Of a DNA stretch of 32,000 nucleotides, positions 1 through 9,229 are shown in pieces. A program made the translations under genes and the position numbers. The stretch is from Streptococcus pneumoniae (GTDB lineage Bacteria > Bacillota > Bacilli > Lactobacillales > Streptococcaceae). The stretch is from the NCBI GenBank assembly GCA_001113365.1, contig CKYA01000002.1; one strand, written 5' to 3'. Numbering within the stretch: the first letter of the stretch is position 1; the number at the start of each line of letters is the position of its first letter. Under the pieces are notes generated by a model. It made no database searches. It saw nothing but the letters and a program-made list of their open reading frames with translations, and was not told the DNA's origin.

Positions 1-1
1 G

Positions 2-811
2 GCTTCAGGAAATGTTGCTATGCGTTTTGGAGCAAACGGTGTTTGTAAATCCATCAATACTGCCTGCGCTTCATCAAATGACGCGATTGGAGATGCCTTC
101 CGCTCCATTAAGTTTGGTTTTCAAGATGTTATGTTGGTAGGTGGTTCAGAAGCCTCTATCACACCTTTTGCTATTGCTGGTTTCCAAGCCCTAACTGCTC
201 TCTCAACTACAGAGGATCCAACTCGTGCTTCTATCCCATTTGATAAGGACCGAAATGGTTTTGTCATGGGAGAAGGTTCAGGCATGTTGGTTCTTGAAAG
301 CCTTGAACACGCGGAAAAACGTGGGGCAACTATCCTTGCTGAAGTGGTTGGTTATGGACATACCTGTGATGCCTATCACATGACTTCTCCTCATCCAGAA
401 GGTCAGGGAGCTATCAAGGCCATCAAATTAGCCTTGGAAGAAGCTGAGATTTTTCCAGAACAAGTAGCCTATGTTAATGCTCACGGAACCTCAACTCCTG
501 CTAATGAAAAAGGAGAAAGTGGTGCTATCGTAGCTGTTCTTGGTAAGGAAGTGCCTGTATCATCAACCAAATCATTCACAGGACATTTGCTGGGTGCTGC
601 AGGTGCAGTAGAAGCTATCGTAACAATCGAGGCTATGCGTCATAACTTTGTACCAATGACAGCTGGAACAAGTGAAGTATCAGATTATATCGAAGCCAAT
701 GTCGTTTATGGACAAGGCTTGGAGCAAGAAATTCCATACGCTATTTCAAATACTTTTGGTTTTGGTGGCCACAATGCAGTTCTTGCTTTCAAACGTTGGG
801 AGAATAAATAA
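2..811 (+). CDS. fabF: 3-oxoacyl-ACP synthase II, C-terminal part (5' end outside window)
   Basis: The frame is open from base 2 (ASGNVAMRFGANG...). KAS-II motifs are present: NTACASS (active-site Cys), NAHGTSTP, GHLLGAAG, NTFGFGGHNA. It is followed directly by accB-fabZ-accCDA. Confidence 0.93.
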   Translation, partial: ASGNVAMRFGANGVCKSINTACASSNDAIGDAFRSIKFGFQDVMLVGGSEASITPFAIAGFQALTALSTTEDPTRASIPFDKDRNGFVMGEGSGMLVLESLEHAEKRGATILAEVVGYGHTCDAYHMTSPHPEGQGAIKAIKLALEEAEIFPEQVAYVNAHGTSTPANEKGESGAIVAVLGKEVPVSSTKSFTGHLLGAAGAVEAIVTIEAMRHNFVPMTAGTSEVSDYIEANVVYGQGLEQEIPYAISNTFGFGGHNAVLAFKRWENK

Positions 812-813
812 GT

Positions 814-1287
814 ATGAATTTAAACGATATTAAAGACTTGATGGCTCAATTTGACCAGTCAAGTTTGAGAGAATTTTCTTATAAAAATGGGACGGATGAG
901 TTGCAGTTTAGCAAGAATGAAGCGAGACTTGTATCTGAAGTTGCACCAGTACCCGTTTTAGCAACACCAAGTCCAGTAGCTCCTACATCTGCTCCAGCAG
1001 AGACTGTAGCAGAAGAAGTTCCAGCTCCAGCTGAAACAAGTGTGGTTGCTGAGGGAGATCTTGTAGAGAGCCCACTTGTTGGAGTGGCTTACTTAGCTGC
1101 TGGTCCAGATAAACCTGCCTTTGTAACAGTTGGTGATAGTGTTAAAAAAGGTCAAACATTGGTCATCATCGAAGCCATGAAAGTTATGAATGAAATTCCT
1201 GCACCTAAGGATGGTGTGGTAACAGAAATTCTCGTTTCTAACGAAGAAATGGTTGAGTTTGGTAAAGGATTGGTACGTATCAAATGA
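814..1287 (+). CDS. accB: biotin carboxyl carrier protein of acetyl-CoA carboxylase
   Basis: 157 aa with an Ala/Pro-rich linker and the biotinyl-lysine motif [10 protein letters not shown]. Its stop overlaps the fabZ start (ATGA). Confidence 0.93.
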   Translation: MNLNDIKDLMAQFDQSSLREFSYKNGTDELQFSKNEARLVSEVAPVPVLATPSPVAPTSAPAETVAEEVPAPAETSVVAEGDLVESPLVGVAYLAAGPDKPAFVTVGDSVKKGQTLVIIEAMKVMNEIPAPKDGVVTEILVSNEEMVEFGKGLVRIK

Positions 1288-1706
1288 TCGATATTCAAGG
1301 AATCAAAGAAGCCCTTCCCCACCGTTATCCTATGCTACTAGTGGATCGTGTCTTGGAAGTGAGCGAGGATACCATTGTTGCTATCAAAAATGTGACCATC
1401 AATGAGCCCTTCTTTAACGGCCATTTTCCTCAATACCCAGTTATGCCAGGTGTTCTGATCATGGAAGCCTTGGCGCAAACAGCTGGTGTCTTGGAGTTGT
1501 CAAAACCTGAAAATAAAGGAAAACTGGTCTTTTATGCTGGTATGGACAAGGTTAAATTCAAGAAGCAAGTTGTACCAGGCGACCAATTGCTTATGACAGC
1601 GACTTTTGTAAAACGTCGTGGGACCATTGCCGTGGTTGAAGCAAAGGCTGAAGTGGATGGCAAGCTTGCAGCTAGTGGTACTCTTACCTTTGCAATAGGG
1701 AACTAA
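1284..1706 (+). CDS. fabZ: 3-hydroxyacyl-ACP dehydratase
   Basis: 140 aa hot-dog fold with the signature [13 protein letters not shown]...[16 protein letters not shown]. Confidence 0.93.
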   Translation: MIDIQGIKEALPHRYPMLLVDRVLEVSEDTIVAIKNVTINEPFFNGHFPQYPVMPGVLIMEALAQTAGVLELSKPENKGKLVFYAGMDKVKFKKQVVPGDQLLMTATFVKRRGTIAVVEAKAEVDGKLAASGTLTFAIGN

Positions 1707-1717
1707 GGAGGTTCTCC

Positions 1718-3085
1718 ATGTTTCGAAAAATTTTAATTGCCAATCGTGGTGAAATTGCGGTTCGGATTATCCGTGCGGCGCGTGAATTGGGCATTGCGAC
1801 CGTAGCAGTCTATTCAACTGCTGATAAGGAAGCCCTTCATACGCTTTTGGCAGATGAAGCAGTTTGTATCGGTCCTGGCAAGGCAACAGAGTCTTATCTC
1901 AATATCAATGCGGTTCTATCAGCTGCAGTCTTGACTGAGGCAGAAGCCATTCACCCCGGTTTTGGATTTCTCAGTGAAAATTCCAAATTTGCTACCATGT
2001 GTGAAGAGGTGGGTATCAAGTTTATCGGTCCATCTGGCCATGTCATGGATATGATGGGGGATAAGATCAATGCGCGTGCTCAGATGATCAAAGCAGGTGT
2101 ACCTGTTATTCCAGGTTCGGATGGAGAAGTACATAACTCTGAGGAAGCTTTGATTGTTGCTGAAAAAATTGGCTATCCTGTTATGCTCAAGGCTTCAGCA
2201 GGTGGAGGTGGTAAAGGGATTCGTAAGGTTGAAAAACCAGAAGACCTCGTTTCAGCCTTTGAAACGGCTTCTAGCGAAGCCAAGGCCAATTATGGCAATG
2301 GTGCCATGTACATAGAACGAGTTATCTATCCAGCTCGTCACATCGAGGTTCAAATCCTAGGAGATGAGCATGGACATGTGATTCACTTGGGGGAACGGGA
2401 TTGTTCTCTTCAACGGAATAACCAAAAGGTTTTGGAAGAAAGTCCTTCGATTGCAATTGGCAAAACGTTACGCAATGAAATCGGTGCTGCTGCTGTTCGA
2501 GCTGCAGAGTCTGTTGGCTATGAGAATGCAGGGACCATTGAGTTTCTTCTTGATGAAGCCAGTGGCAAATTCTACTTTATGGAGATGAATACTCGTGTAC
2601 AAGTAGAACATCCAGTAACAGAATTTGTTTCAGGTGTGGATATCGTTAAGGAACAGATTCGCATTGCGGCAGGTCAGCCCCTGTCTGTTAAGCAAGAAGA
2701 TATTGTCCTAAGAGGCCATGCCATCGAGTGTCGTATCAATGCAGAAAACCCAGCCTTCAACTTTGCTCCAAGTCCAGGTAAGATTACCAATCTCTATCTG
2801 CCAAGTGGTGGAGTTGGCTTGCGCGTGGATTCAGCAGTTTATCCAGGCTATACCATTCCACCTTATTATGATAGTATGATTGCTAAAATCATCGTTCATG
2901 GAGAAAATCGTTTTGATGCCTTGATGAAAATGCAACGTGCCCTCTATGAACTAGAGATTGAAGGAGTGCAGACCAATGCAGATTTCCAGCTTGACCTCAT
3001 TTCAGATCGCAATGTCATTGCTGGGGATTATGATACTTCCTTCTTGATGGAAACCTTCTTACCCAAGTATCAAGAAAAAGAATAA
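1718..3085 (+). CDS. accC: acetyl-CoA carboxylase, biotin carboxylase subunit
   Basis: 455 aa ATP-grasp protein (KILIANRGEIAVRIIRA, GGGGKGIR, EMNTRVQVEHPVTE). SD AAGGAGG lies upstream. Confidence 0.95.
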   Translation: MFRKILIANRGEIAVRIIRAARELGIATVAVYSTADKEALHTLLADEAVCIGPGKATESYLNINAVLSAAVLTEAEAIHPGFGFLSENSKFATMCEEVGIKFIGPSGHVMDMMGDKINARAQMIKAGVPVIPGSDGEVHNSEEALIVAEKIGYPVMLKASAGGGGKGIRKVEKPEDLVSAFETASSEAKANYGNGAMYIERVIYPARHIEVQILGDEHGHVIHLGERDCSLQRNNQKVLEESPSIAIGKTLRNEIGAAAVRAAESVGYENAGTIEFLLDEASGKFYFMEMNTRVQVEHPVTEFVSGVDIVKEQIRIAAGQPLSVKQEDIVLRGHAIECRINAENPAFNFAPSPGKITNLYLPSGGVGLRVDSAVYPGYTIPPYYDSMIAKIIVHGENRFDALMKMQRALYELEIEGVQTNADFQLDLISDRNVIAGDYDTSFLMETFLPKYQEKE

Positions 3086-3121
3086 AATGACTTCAAGAGT
3101 TTAAACCGAAAAGGGGAATCA

Positions 3122-3988
3122 ATGGCTCTATTTAGTAAAAAAGATAAGTATATTCGAATCAATCCCAATCGTTCGGTTAGGGAAAAACCTCAAGCCAAGC
3201 CAGAGGTTCCAGATGAATTATTCTCCCAGTGTCCAGGCTGTAAGCATACCATTTATCAGAAGGATCTGGGAAGTGAGCGTATCTGTCCACATTGTAGCTA
3301 CACCTTTCGTATTTCTGCCCAAGAACGCTTGGCTTTGACGATTGATATGGGAACCTTCAAGGAATTGTTTACAGGGATTGAAAGCAAGGATCCCTTGTAT
3401 TTCCCTGGTTATCAAAAGAAACTAGCAACTATGCGTGAAAAAACAGGGCTGGATGAAGCCGTTGTGACAGGAACAGCTCTTATTAAAGGTCAGACTGTGG
3501 CTCTTGGGATTATGGATTCCAACTTTATCATGGCTTCTATGGGTACGGTTGTAGGTGAAAAAATCACTCGCTTGTTTGAGTATGCGACTGTTGAAAAATT
3601 GCCAGTTGTTCTCTTCACAGCCTCTGGTGGGGCCCGTATGCAGGAAGGAATCATGAGTCTCATGCAGATGGCCAAGATCTCTGCAGCAGTTAAACGGCAT
3701 TCAAATGCTGGTCTCTTTTATCTGACCATTTTGACAGATCCAACGACAGGTGGAGTGACAGCTTCCTTCGCTATGGAAGGCGATATTATTCTGGCTGAAC
3801 CACAGAGTTTAGTTGGTTTTGCTGGGCGTCGTGTCATTGAAAACACGGTTCGTGAAAGCTTGCCTGAGGATTTCCAAAAGGCAGAATTCCTATTGGAGCA
3901 TGGATTTGTGGATGCTATTGTCAAAAGAAGAGACTTACCAGATACCATTGCTAGCCTAGTCAGATTGCATGGAGGGTGTCCTAGATGA
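3122..3988 (+). CDS. accD: acetyl-CoA carboxylase carboxyltransferase beta subunit
   Basis: 288 aa with an N-terminal Zn ribbon (CPGCKHTIY...CPHCSY) and a carboxyltransferase domain. Its stop overlaps the accA start. Confidence 0.94.
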   Translation: MALFSKKDKYIRINPNRSVREKPQAKPEVPDELFSQCPGCKHTIYQKDLGSERICPHCSYTFRISAQERLALTIDMGTFKELFTGIESKDPLYFPGYQKKLATMREKTGLDEAVVTGTALIKGQTVALGIMDSNFIMASMGTVVGEKITRLFEYATVEKLPVVLFTASGGARMQEGIMSLMQMAKISAAVKRHSNAGLFYLTILTDPTTGGVTASFAMEGDIILAEPQSLVGFAGRRVIENTVRESLPEDFQKAEFLLEHGFVDAIVKRRDLPDTIASLVRLHGGCPR

Positions 3989-4752
3989 ATATTGCAAAAA
4001 TAGTCAGAGAAGCGCGTGAGCAGAGTCGCTTGACAACCTTGGACTTTGCTGCAGGCATTTTTGATGAATTTATCCAATTACACGGTGACCGTTCTTTTCG
4101 TGATGATGGTGCAGTTGTTGGTGGTATTGGTTGGCTTGGAGATCAAGCTGTAACAGTGGTTGGTATCCAAAAAGGCAAGAGTTTACAAGATAACCTCAAA
4201 CGGAATTTTGGACAACCGCATCCAGAAGGCTACCGTAAGGCTCTGCGGTTGATGAAACAGGCTGAAAAGTTTAGCCGTCCAGTTGTGACCTTTATCAATA
4301 CAGCAGGAGCCTATCCTGGTGTCGGAGCAGAAGAACGTGGTCAAGGGGAAGCTATCGCTCGCAATCTCATGGAAATGAGTGACCTGAAAGTTCCGATTAT
4401 CGCCATTATTATCGGTGAAGGTGGTTCAGGTGGGGCTCTGGCTCTAGCAGTCGCAGACCGTGTCTGGATGCTGGAAAATTCTATCTATGCCATTCTTAGT
4501 CCAGAAGGCTTTGCTTCCATTCTATGGAAGGATGGCAGTCGTGCCATGGAAGCGGCAGAACTGATGAAAATCACTTCACATGAGCTGTTAGAAATGGACG
4601 TGGTAGATAAGGTGATTTCTGAAGCAGGACTTTCTAGTAAGGAACTGATTAAGAGTGTCAAAAAAGAACTCCAAGATGAGCTAGCTATACTTTTACAAAA
4701 ACCGCTAGAAGAGCTGTTGGAAGAACGCTATCAACGATTTAGAAAATACTAA
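3985..4752 (+). CDS. accA: acetyl-CoA carboxylase carboxyltransferase alpha subunit
   Basis: 255 aa with [23 protein letters not shown] and [11 protein letters not shown] motifs. Confidence 0.94.
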   Translation: MNIAKIVREAREQSRLTTLDFAAGIFDEFIQLHGDRSFRDDGAVVGGIGWLGDQAVTVVGIQKGKSLQDNLKRNFGQPHPEGYRKALRLMKQAEKFSRPVVTFINTAGAYPGVGAEERGQGEAIARNLMEMSDLKVPIIAIIIGEGGSGGALALAVADRVWMLENSIYAILSPEGFASILWKDGSRAMEAAELMKITSHELLEMDVVDKVISEAGLSSKELIKSVKKELQDELAILLQKPLEELLEERYQRFRKY

Positions 4753-4760
4753 TACAAAAA

Positions 4761-4790
4761 CTAGAACTGGCAGTCAGTTCTAGTTTTTAT
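4761..4790 (+). terminator. rho-independent terminator of the fab/acc operon
   Basis: Perfect 9-bp stem CTAGAACTG / CAGTTCTAG (4761-4769 / 4775-4783), 5-nt loop, then TTTTTAT. Confidence 0.85.
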
Positions 4791-4820
4791 GTGGTTCTTA
4801 CTCTGTATCAAGGACGAAGT

Positions 4821-4851
4821 AAAAAGGTGCTTGGAAGACCAAACACCTTTT
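4821..4851 (-). terminator. terminator downstream of nusB (bidirectional-looking)
   Basis: GGTGCTTGG-AAGA-CCAAACACC hairpin (4+4 bp with one internal mismatch), flanked by AAAAA and TTTT. On the minus strand it is followed by TTTTT. Confidence 0.7.
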
Positions 4852-4854
4852 CGA

Positions 4855-5280
4855 TTATTCATTTTCTTCTGTTACAAATTGACTAAGCAGTCCATTGATA
4901 AAACGGGCTGATTTTTGATCTGAAAAATTCTTAGCGAGTTCAATAGCTTCATTGACTGCTACCAGCTGAGGTGTATCAAATGATGTAATTTCAAAGATAC
5001 CCAAGCGTAGTAAATTTTTTTCGACCAAGGTTAAGCGTTCAACTGTCCAACCTGACTTGAGATGCTGGTTGATTTGTTTATCCAACTCGTCTTTTTGCGC
5101 TTGAACACCAGAAACCAAGTTCAGAAGAAAGGCAGGGATTTGCACATCTGCATCTTCACGGTCATGTGTGTAGGCAAAGCGACAAGCTGTTTCCATATCT
5201 GTACCGAATTCAAGACTCATGAGAGCTTGAAAAGCGCATTTACGAAGTTCGCGTCTGGATTCTAATAGTGGACTAGTCAT
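4855..5280 (-). CDS. nusB: transcription antitermination factor NusB
   Basis: NusB-like sequence ([16 protein letters not shown]...[18 protein letters not shown]). I prefer the ATG at 5280 ([10 protein letters not shown]) over the TTG at 5298. The ATG has GAGGA 8 nt upstream and overlaps the asp23 stop (ATGACTAG). Confidence 0.88.
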   Translation of the reverse strand: MTSPLLESRRELRKCAFQALMSLEFGTDMETACRFAYTHDREDADVQIPAFLLNLVSGVQAQKDELDKQINQHLKSGWTVERLTLVEKNLLRLGIFEITSFDTPQLVAVNEAIELAKNFSDQKSARFINGLLSQFVTEENE

Positions 5281-5662
5281 TGAGGAAGTCCTCGTCAAAC
5301 AGATCTTTCAACTCTGGTTTCGGAGTTTTATCCGGAACGATTCCCGCAACGTGAATATTGACAACAGAAAGTTCCACATCAGCCATATTACGAACAGCGT
5401 CCTTAACAGCTTTTTGGATAGCCATAGCAACTTTAGGTACTTTCACACCGTACTCAAGGTAGAGATAGATGTCAGCAGTTAGCTCTTCGTTGCTTTCTTT
5501 TAAGTAGACGCCACGACCAAGAGAGAGTTTTGATAGGGTGTCAGATACGGATTTATTTGAAAATGAGTGGACACCATCAACTTTAGCAGTTGCGATGGCA
5601 ATGATTTTTTCAAGTACACGTGGAGCGATAACGATTTCGCCAAATTGTTCTTCAATTCCCAT
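5273..5662 (-). CDS. Asp23/Gls24-family (alkaline shock) protein
   Basis: 129 aa with the typical Asp23 opening ([24 protein letters not shown]). It sits in the conserved efp-asp23-nusB arrangement of Firmicutes. Confidence 0.85.
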   Translation of the reverse strand: MGIEEQFGEIVIAPRVLEKIIAIATAKVDGVHSFSNKSVSDTLSKLSLGRGVYLKESNEELTADIYLYLEYGVKVPKVAMAIQKAVKDAVRNMADVELSVVNIHVAGIVPDKTPKPELKDLFDEDFLND

Positions 5663-5683
5663 AGAATGACCTCTTTCTAGAGA

Positions 5684-6244
5684 TTAGGCACGAGAAACGT
5701 AAGTTCCTTCTGCAGTGTTGATGATCAATTTTTGTCCAGCTTCGATGAAGTCAGGAACGTTGACAACAAGTCCAGTTTCCATAGTTGCTGGTTTACCAGA
5801 ACCTGTAACAGTAGCACCTTTGATAGATGGTTGTGTTTCAGCAACTGTCAATTCAACAGTAGTTGGTACAGTTACACCGATTACTTCAGTTCCGTAGAAT
5901 TGGATTTTCACATCAGAGTTTTCAAGAATGTAAAGCAATTCATTTTCAACGTTCACGACGGGAATTTCGTATTGGTCGTAAGTTTCAGTGTTCATGAAGT
6001 AGGCAGTTTCATCCATTTTGTACAAGTATTGAGCTGGAACAGTTTCGATAATAGCTTGTTCGAATTTTTCTTCTGGACGGTAGCTTGTATCAAAAGTAGA
6101 ACCAGTACGGACATCACGCAATTTCATACGCATGATTGTGTTCCCTTTACCTGGTTTGTGGTGGCTAGCTTCCAAAACGCGGATCAATTTTCCGTCTGCA
6201 GTTTCAAATGTCATACCAGCTTTCAATTTGCTTGCTTCAATCAT
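5684..6244 (-). CDS. efp: translation elongation factor P
   Basis: 186 aa ([14 protein letters not shown]...[22 protein letters not shown]), a canonical EF-P. Confidence 0.95.
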   Translation of the reverse strand: MIEASKLKAGMTFETADGKLIRVLEASHHKPGKGNTIMRMKLRDVRTGSTFDTSYRPEEKFEQAIIETVPAQYLYKMDETAYFMNTETYDQYEIPVVNVENELLYILENSDVKIQFYGTEVIGVTVPTTVELTVAETQPSIKGATVTGSGKPATMETGLVVNVPDFIEAGQKLIINTAEGTYVSRA

Positions 6245-6278
6245 GTTTTTACCTCTTTAATAAATATTATTACTCTTC

Positions 6279-6287
6279 ATTTTACCA
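6279..6287 (-). promoter_or_regulatory. extended -10 promoter for efp operon
   Basis: The minus strand reads TATGGTAAAAT (TGnTAAAAT), about 35 nt upstream of the efp ATG. No good -35 is present. Confidence 0.55.
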
Positions 6288-6401
6288 TAAAATCTTCTGG
6301 AAATAAAGCCAAAATAGTTATTGGGAGATGGTAGGAGCGAAAAAGAATATTGGCTAGTCAGGTGGAGTGGTTAATGTTAAAGAGTATCCACTATATTTCT
6401 T

Positions 6402-6555
6402 CTCATACTCAATGGAAATCAAAGAGCAAACTAGGAAGCTAGCCGCAGGCTGCTCAAAACACTGTTTTGAGGTTGTGGATAGAACTGACGAAGTCAGTAA
6501 CCATATATACGGTAATGTGACGCTGACGTGGTTTGAAGAGATTTTCGAAGAGTAT
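6402..6555 (-). repeat. BOX element (boxA-boxB-boxC), reverse orientation relative to + strand
   Basis: TACGGTAATGTGACGCTGACG at about 6509-6529 closely matches the BOXA1R primer CTACGGCAAGGCGACGCTGACG. The boxA end reads GTGGTTTGAAGAGATTTTCGAAGAGTAT. A boxB-like hairpin ACTGACGAAGTCAGT is present. The boxC-like part reads ATACTCAATGGAAATCAAAGAGCAAACTAGGAAGCTAGCCGCAGGCTGC. The termini ATACTC...GAGTAT are inverted. Confidence 0.85.
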
Positions 6556-6563
6556 TATATTTC

Positions 6564-6591
6564 AAAAGGCCGAAGTAAGTTTACTCCGACC
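6564..6591 (-). terminator. terminator of the dehydrogenase gene
   Basis: The minus strand reads GGTCGGAGT-AAACTT-ACTTCGGCC followed by TTTT. The 9-bp stem needs two G.U pairs that exist only on the minus-strand RNA. Confidence 0.6.
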
Positions 6592-6620
6592 TGTTAGTAT
6601 TGTCTTAAAAAGATTGATTT

Positions 6621-7664
6621 TTATTCTGGTTCTACCAAAATTTTAATTTGTGACTTATCTTGAGTTAATTCGATAAAGCCTTCTTCGACGATATTTTCCA
6701 ATTTAATTTTCTTAGTAACCAATTTTTCAGCAGAGAAGTAGCCTTGTTCCATCAATTCTAATACTTTAGGGAAGATATGACGATAAGCAATGATCCCTTT
6801 TAGTGTCTTTTCTTGGATTGCAAATTCATTCGGATTGATATTTGCTTCTCGTTCCCAGATAGAGACCACCATGCACTCACCTGCCTTATGTACGGCAGCT
6901 AAGGCTTGTCCTAAAACTACTGGCACACCCGTTACTTCATAAGAAACATCTACACCACCGTTTGTTAAACGATGAATAGCTTCAACAGCTGTTTCACCTT
7001 CTTCCGGACGGACAACGATAGCTCCTAACTCTTCAGCTTTTGCTTGACGTTCAGGTGATAGTTCAACAGCATAAATCTTAGAAGCACCCGCTGCACGAAG
7101 GGCTTCTACAATTAAGAGACCAATCGGACCTAAGCCAAAGACAGCAGCAGTATCACCAGCTTTTAGTGCTGATTGACGAACTGCATAAACTGCAACAGCA
7201 GCTGGCTCAGTGAGAGCAGCTTGCTCATAGCTTAAGCTATCTGGAATGACATGTACTAAGTCGCCGTCTAAAACACAATATTTGGCAAATCCACCGTCTG
7301 CAGCCAAACCGACAAAATTAAGGTTTGGATCCAAATTATAATTACCAACTAAGTTATTCTTAGCTAGAATTGGTTCTACAGCAACACGATCACCAACTTT
7401 AACACGAGTAACATCGCTTCCGACTTCTACAATTTCACCAGAAAATTCATGTCCCAATGTTACTGGTGCTTTTTGACCAGAATAGACATGTTCTTCTGTT
7501 GGTATGAAGATAGGGCCATCTAAAAATTCGTGGAGGTCAGTACCACAAATTCCCGTGAATTTAACAGCAACTTTTACTTGGTGCGGAAGTACCTCAGGGA
7601 CTTCTACTTCTTGAATACGAACATCTTTTGCTGCATGCCAGCGAGCTGCCTTCATTGTAGCCAT
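6621..7664 (-). CDS. Zn-dependent medium-chain alcohol dehydrogenase, 2,3-butanediol/acetoin (BdhA)-like
   Basis: 347 aa with the GHE motif (VTLGHEFSGEIVEVG), structural and catalytic Cys (ICGTDLHE) and a Rossmann GLGPIG. SD AAGGAG lies 8 nt before the ATG. Confidence 0.85.
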   Translation of the reverse strand: MATMKAARWHAAKDVRIQEVEVPEVLPHQVKVAVKFTGICGTDLHEFLDGPIFIPTEEHVYSGQKAPVTLGHEFSGEIVEVGSDVTRVKVGDRVAVEPILAKNNLVGNYNLDPNLNFVGLAADGGFAKYCVLDGDLVHVIPDSLSYEQAALTEPAAVAVYAVRQSALKAGDTAAVFGLGPIGLLIVEALRAAGASKIYAVELSPERQAKAEELGAIVVRPEEGETAVEAIHRLTNGGVDVSYEVTGVPVVLGQALAAVHKAGECMVVSIWEREANINPNEFAIQEKTLKGIIAYRHIFPKVLELMEQGYFSAEKLVTKKIKLENIVEEGFIELTQDKSQIKILVEPE

Positions 7665-7724
7665 ATGAATAACTCCTTTTTGTTGCGATTTTTAGTTTTC
7701 CTTTTAGGAAACTTTATATGTAAC

Positions 7725-7753
7725 ATTGTAAACGCTTTCTGTCTATTTGTCAA
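7725..7753 (-). promoter_or_regulatory. consensus sigma-A promoter of the dehydrogenase gene
   Basis: The minus strand reads TTGACA (7753-7748), a 17-nt spacer, then TACAAT (7730-7725). Confidence 0.75.
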
Positions 7754-7781
7754 GAAAAAACCAACCTCAGGGCTGGTTTTT
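7754..7781 (-). terminator. terminator of gatCAB operon
   Basis: The minus strand reads AACCAGCC-CTGA-GGTTGGTT followed by TTTTC. One G.U pair makes the stem minus-strand specific. Confidence 0.7.
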
Positions 7782-7786
7782 ACATA

Positions 7787-9229
7787 TTACTCTTCTTTCA
7801 ACTTCGCCAATTCTTGGGCAAGTAGTTTAAGGGCGACTTGTGGGTTGGCTTGGCCTTTGGTTGCTTTCATAAGGAATCCTGTGAAGGCCTTGTCTGCGTT
7901 GCGTTTGCCTGACTTGAAGTCGGCAACTGCGGCTTCGTTATCCGCAAAGACTTGGTGGATGATTGGAATCAAAACAGCTGGATCTGAGATTTGGACCATA
8001 CCTGCTTTTTCAACGTATTCACGCGCGCCTCCGCCATTTTTAGCTAGATGGACAAAGACTTTCTTGGCAATTTTAGAAGAAATAGTGCCGTCTTCGATGA
8101 TGGCAATCATTTCAACCAAGTTTTCTGGTGTCAATTCGATTTGTTCCAGCGTCTTGCCTTCAGCGTTTAAGAACTGAGCAACCTCACCTTGGAGCCAGTT
8201 AGAAACTTGTTTAGCGTCACCGCCAAGGGCAACAGCTTTTTCAAAGAAGTCAGAAGTGACTTTGTTTGCAGTCAACTGGCTAGCATCGTAGTCTGATAAA
8301 CCAAGGTCAGATACATAACGCGCACGGCGTTCTTTTGGAAACTCTGGTAACTCTGTACGCATTTCCTCAATCCACTCGTCTGAGATTTCAAAGAGTGGTA
8401 GGTCTGGTTCTGGGAAGTAGCGGTAGTCTGCAGCCCCTTCCTTGACACGCATGAGGATGGTTGCTTTGTTAGCTTCATCGTAACGGCGTGTTTCTTGACG
8501 GATTTGACCGCCTGATCGAAGGATTTCAGCTTGACGTTGGACTTCGTATTCAAGACCTTTGCGAACGTTTGAGAAGGAGTTGAGGTTTTTCAACTCAGTC
8601 TTGGTACCGAATTTTTCTTGACCATAAGGACGAAGAGAAATATTGGCATCCACACGCATAGAACCTTCTTCCATCTTAACGTCAGAAATGCCAGCGTACT
8701 GGATAACTTCCTTGAGTGCTGTCAGATAAGCATAGGCCTCCTCTGGCGAACGCATGTCGGCTTCAGATACAATCTCAATCAATGGCACCCCTTGGCGGTT
8801 GAGGTCAACATAAGAGTAGCCATCTGTACCGTGGGTGTTTTTACCAGCGTCTTCTTCTAGGTGAGCACGTTCGATACCGATTTTCTTGGTCGTACCGTCT
8901 TCTAGCTCGACTTCAATCCAGCCGTTATAACCGATTGGCTCATCAAACTGAGAAATCTGGTAGGCTTTTGGATTATCAGGGTAGAAGTAGTTCTTGCGGT
9001 CAAAGTGCATTTTTTTGTGGATGTCCATATTGAGGGCAAGAGCAGCCTTGATTCCGGCATCGACAACACCTTTGTTGAGAACTGGCAGAACTCCTGGGAA
9101 AGACCAGTCAATCACGTTAGTGTTAGCGTTTTGGTCATTTCCAAAGTGGGCAGAAGTAGGTGAGAAGATTTTTGAATTGGTGTTGAGCTCTACGTGGACT
9201 TCAAGTCCAATGACTGTTTCAAAGTTCAT
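7787..9229 (-). CDS. gatB: Asp/Glu-tRNA amidotransferase subunit B
   Basis: 480 aa ([17 protein letters not shown]...), a canonical GatB. Its start overlaps the gatA stop (TAATG). Confidence 0.95.

Noticed and set aside
5732-6334. 200-aa + strand ORF (and 5715-5897) opposite efp
   Set aside because: It is antisense to the highly conserved efp gene. It is Ser/Phe/Cys-rich nonsense with no start context.
6367-6597. 76-aa ORF (MVNVKEYPLYFFSYSMEIKEQTRKLAAGCSKHCFEVV...)
   Set aside because: It is a read-through translation of the BOX repeat (boxC-boxB-boxA). It has no SD, and such 'proteins' are classic BOX annotation artefacts.
7530-8177. 215-aa + strand ORF spanning the dehydrogenase/gatB boundary
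   Set aside because: It is antisense to two well-supported genes and crosses their promoter and terminator. Its sequence is low-complexity, it has no SD, and the frame is an artefact of codon bias on the opposite strand.
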